Below, in pieces: positions 17,077 through 20,000 of a stretch of 20,000 nt of DNA; within the stretch, counting starts at the first letter, position 1; each line of letters begins with the position of its first letter. A program made the translations under genes and the position numbers. The DNA is taken from the IMG/VR virus record IMGVR_UViG_3300035698_004319; one strand, written 5' to 3'. The stretch is from an uncultured virus (IMG/VR IMGVR_UViG_3300035698_004319) (Duplodnaviria > Heunggongvirae > Uroviricota > Caudoviricetes). The notes under the pieces are model-generated. The model worked only from the letters and a program-made list of their open reading frames with translations. It had not been told where the DNA came from and ran no database searches.

Positions 17077-17469
17077 ATGGCAGATACAGTAACTACACAA
17101 ACAATTTCAGACACATCTGGTGTTAAGTATGTTACTAAACTTACAAACATTTCAGATGGTACTGGCGAAACCAATGTAACTAAAGTTGACGCTTCAGCAA
17201 CAACTTTTATGACCGAAGATGGTAGTAGAAAGATATCTAAAATCTATTTTTCTATAAACACTTCAAATAACAAATCAGCTGTAGAGTTAATATGGGCAGG
17301 AGCTACCAATGCAACTGCTGTATTACTATCAGGCAATGGTGTTTGGGATTTGAGGACTGCAGGTAATGAAATAGCAAATAATGCAACGGTACCAACAGGT
17401 GATATATTATTATCAACAAAAAGCTTTGCTAACGGAGATAATTATACGATTTTAGTTGAATTCAGGTAA
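17077..17469 (+). CDS. Hypothetical beta-rich protein, paralogue of 16713..17075
   Basis: SD-like TAGGA; motifs shared with the previous ORF, including PTGDILL. Confidence 0.8.
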   Translation: MADTVTTQTISDTSGVKYVTKLTNISDGTGETNVTKVDASATTFMTEDGSRKISKIYFSINTSNNKSAVELIWAGATNATAVLLSGNGVWDLRTAGNEIANNATVPTGDILLSTKSFANGDNYTILVEFR

Positions 17470-17476
17470 AGGTTTT

Positions 17477-17484
17477 TATAAATA
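17477..17484 (+). promoter_or_regulatory. T4-type late promoter
   Basis: Perfect TATAAATA upstream of gp21 (SD GAGGG). Confidence 0.8.
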
Positions 17485-17501
17485 TAAAAGACGAGGGAAA
17501 T

Positions 17502-18146
17502 ATGAGATTAATTAGAGAAGAAATTAACGAAGCTACTTACATAGTAGAAGAAAATCAAGGTAAAAAAGAATATAAAATAAAAGGTATATTCTTACAATCT
17601 GATATTAAAAATCGTAACGGTAGAATATATCCTAACGAAATTCTAACAAAAGAAGTTAGAAGATACAACACAGAATTTATCAATAAAAGCAGAGCATTTG
17701 GAGAGTTAGGACATCCTGACGGACCAACTGTAAATTTGGAAAGAGTTTCTCATATGATTAAGAAACTTTATCCTGAAGGTAAAAACTTTATTGGTGAAGC
17801 AAAAATAATGGACACACCATACGGTAAGATTGTAAAAAGTCTTATTGATGAAGGCGCTAAATTAGGCGTTTCTTCTCGTGGAATGGGTTCATTAGAAAGT
17901 AAAAACGGCGGTCATTATGTAGGTGGAGATTTCTACTTAGCTACTGCTGCCGACATAGTTGCAGACCCTAGCGCTCCGGATGCTTTCGTAGAAGGCATTA
18001 TGGAAGGTAAAGAATGGGTATGGAACAATGGTGTTTTAATGGAACAAGACGTACAAGCTTGGAAATTAGAACTAATTAAAACGAAAAAACACGAATTAGC
18101 TGAAAAGAAAGCTAAAATATTCGAGAATTTTCTTAAAAAACTTTAA
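17502..18146 (+). CDS. gp21: Prohead protease gp21
   Basis: 'IKGIFLQ....NRNGRIYP', 'AFGELGHP' (catalytic His), 'LGVSSRGMGSL' (catalytic Ser), 'ADIVADPSAPDAFV'. Confidence 0.97.
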   Translation: MRLIREEINEATYIVEENQGKKEYKIKGIFLQSDIKNRNGRIYPNEILTKEVRRYNTEFINKSRAFGELGHPDGPTVNLERVSHMIKKLYPEGKNFIGEAKIMDTPYGKIVKSLIDEGAKLGVSSRGMGSLESKNGGHYVGGDFYLATAADIVADPSAPDAFVEGIMEGKEWVWNNGVLMEQDVQAWKLELIKTKKHELAEKKAKIFENFLKKL

Positions 18147-18163
18147 GTAAAAAACTTAATTAT

Positions 18164-18171
18164 TATAAATA
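18164..18171 (+). promoter_or_regulatory. T4-type late promoter
   Basis: Perfect TATAAATA upstream of gp22. Confidence 0.85.
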
Positions 18172-18225
18172 TCTAATAAACGAGAGATATTTTTAATTCG
18201 AATTAATAATAAAGGAGTAATCTCA

Positions 18226-19305
18226 ATGGCTACAGAAAAAGCAAATGAAGTAGTAGAGCAAAAGTACGAGGAAGTAGTTGAAGCAACTGCTAATCCTATG
18301 GCTGATGCCCCAAAAAAGAATGCTGTAGCATCTGAACCAACATCATTGTCTAACGAGGCAGAAGATTTAGGTCCAGCAGTTGTTAAACCAACTGACAGCA
18401 ATCCAAACGCTACTAAGAAAAATAAAAAAGCTTCAGACGCTGTTAATGCAAAAGCACAAGACGGTGATTCTTCAGGACAACCAGATACAGACGCTGGTGT
18501 TACTAAAGCAATTGCTCCAACTGCTGGCGTTAAAGCTGAAGAAGTTGAAATTAAAGAGGAAGACATTGATCTTTCAGATGATGTTAAAGCTTTAATTGGT
18601 GACGAAAACCTTTCAGAAGAATTTAAAGCGAAAGCGGCAACTATTTTCGAAGCAGCTGTAAGAGCAAAAATTGCAGAAGCTAAAGGAAAATTAAATGCTG
18701 ACTTTGCTGAAAAATTAGAAGAAGAAACCAAAACTACTAAATCAGAACTTGTTGAAAAAGTTGATTCATATTTGAACTACGTTGTTGAAGAATGGATGAC
18801 ACAAAATGAGATCGCAGTAGAAAGAGGAATCAAAGGCGAAATCGCTGAGGACTTTATAACTGGTCTTAAAAAATTATTTGAAGATCATTACATAAATGTT
18901 CCTGACGAAAAATATGATGTATTAGAAGATCAAGCACAACAAATCGAAGAGCTTAACAAGAAATTAAACGAGCAAATCGACAGCAATGTTAAATTAAATT
19001 CTCAAATTGGAAAATTAGTAAAACAAGACATCATAGATGAAGCGTCTTCTTTATTAACTGACACTCAGAAAGAAAAGTTTAATAAATTAGCTGAAGAAGT
19101 TGATTATTCTAACTCTGATGATTTCAAAAAGAAAGTAAGCACTATTAAAGAGTCTTACTTTGAATCAACAAAACAAATTTCATCTAACAATGAAATTGAT
19201 AACGTAAGTGAAGGCGAAACAGGAGATGTCGATATGACATCAGCTATGCAAGCATACACGGCCGCTATCAGTAAAACAAAAGACATTAAATTGTCAATCA
19301 AATAG
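18226..19305 (+). CDS. gp22: Prohead core scaffold protein gp22
   Basis: 'LSEEFKAKAATIFEAAV', 'KVDSYLNYVVEEW', 'E.FITGLKKLFEDHYI.VP', 'IKESYF', 'M.AY..AI'; position between gp21 and gp23; SD AAGGAG. Confidence 0.93.
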   Translation: MATEKANEVVEQKYEEVVEATANPMADAPKKNAVASEPTSLSNEAEDLGPAVVKPTDSNPNATKKNKKASDAVNAKAQDGDSSGQPDTDAGVTKAIAPTAGVKAEEVEIKEEDIDLSDDVKALIGDENLSEEFKAKAATIFEAAVRAKIAEAKGKLNADFAEKLEEETKTTKSELVEKVDSYLNYVVEEWMTQNEIAVERGIKGEIAEDFITGLKKLFEDHYINVPDEKYDVLEDQAQQIEELNKKLNEQIDSNVKLNSQIGKLVKQDIIDEASSLLTDTQKEKFNKLAEEVDYSNSDDFKKKVSTIKESYFESTKQISSNNEIDNVSEGETGDVDMTSAMQAYTAAISKTKDIKLSIK

Positions 19306-19320
19306 GGAGATAAAGTAAAA

Positions 19321-20000
19321 ATGTACTTATCAGAACAATTAGTTAAAAAATGGCAGCCCGTACTTGAACATCCAGAACTCCCAAAAGTAACGGATAGTTA
19401 TAGAAGAGCGGTCACTGCTGTAATCTTGGAAAACCAAGAAAGAGCAATAAGAGAAGATAGAGCATTTATGTCTGAAGCTGCACCTCAGAACAGCACAGAC
19501 GCTTCTTACGTACAAAACTGGGATCCAATTATGATCTCATTAGTACGAAGAGCAATGCCAAACCTAATCGCTTACGATATCGCAGGCGTACAACCAATGA
19601 CTGGACCTACTGGTCTAATTTTCGCTATGAGAGCAAAATACGATTCTCAAAACGGAACTGAAGCATTATTTGACGAAGCAGACACAGACTTTTCAGCTAG
19701 AAACAAAGCTGGTGATTCTACTCAAGCTGGTATCTTTAATACTTCTACTCACGGTGGTACTAACCCAGCAATCCTAAACGACACGCCAGTTGGAGATTAT
19801 TCAACAGGTGTTGCAATGTCTACAGCTTCTGCTGAAGCATTAGGTGACGCAGGTGGAAATAGCTTTGCTGAAATGGCATTCTCAATCGAGAAATCGACTG
19901 TTACTGCTAAATCAAGAGCTCTTAAAGCTGAATACACTATGGAACTTGCTCAAGACTTAAAAGCAATCCACGGTTTAGACGCTGAAACTGAACTTGCAAA
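19321..20000 (+). CDS. gp23: Major capsid protein gp23 (3'-truncated by the window end)
   Basis: Hand translation: MYLSEQLVKKWQPVLEH...AVILENQE...WDPIMISLVRRAMPNLIAYDIAGVQPMTGPTGLIFAMR...FAEMAFSIEKSTVTAKSRALKAEYTMELAQDLKAIHGLDAETELA; SD GGGAG at about 19305. Confidence 0.97.
   Translation, partial: MYLSEQLVKKWQPVLEHPELPKVTDSYRRAVTAVILENQERAIREDRAFMSEAAPQNSTDASYVQNWDPIMISLVRRAMPNLIAYDIAGVQPMTGPTGLIFAMRAKYDSQNGTEALFDEADTDFSARNKAGDSTQAGIFNTSTHGGTNPAILNDTPVGDYSTGVAMSTASAEALGDAGGNSFAEMAFSIEKSTVTAKSRALKAEYTMELAQDLKAIHGLDAETELA

Noticed and set aside
18156..18731. 191-aa minus-strand ORF and + strand ORF 18380..18595
   Set aside because: Shadows of gp22 arising from its biased GAA/GCT/AAA codon use.
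1..20000. Stop-codon reassignment
   Set aside because: TAG, TAA and TGA all end genes at expected positions (TAG ends gp13, gp17 and gp22; TGA ends 3453..4142), and core genes are intact in the standard code.

Overview
AT-rich segment of a T4-like myophage genome (Kyanoviridae/pelagimyophage-type organisation); all credible genes are on the + strand. The left ~6.9 kb is an accessory/fibre region: the 3' part of an Ig-domain plus glycine-rich putative adhesin (begins before the window), an orphan ORF, four tandem and mutually divergent 2OG-Fe(II) oxygenase genes behind a near-consensus sigma70-type promoter, and three probable virion/fibre proteins. The rest is the conserved morphogenesis module in T4 order: gp13, gp14, gp15, gp16, an inserted ParB/Srx-like ORF, gp17, gp18, gp19, gp20, five small ORFs (two are paralogues), gp21, gp22 and the 5' part of gp23 (missing from the ORF track). 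Seven perfect T4 late-promoter boxes (TATAAATA) lie in intergenic gaps. No tRNA, rRNA, CRISPR array, intron, intein or homing endonuclease was seen. Best leads: the separately promoted, apparently leaderless oxygenase cassette beside the Gly-rich fibre, the ParB/Srx-like gene between the terminase subunits, an apparently leaderless gp16, a possibly structured gp18 leader, and the paralogous small genes in the head module. Family calls come from motif recognition and synteny, not database searches.
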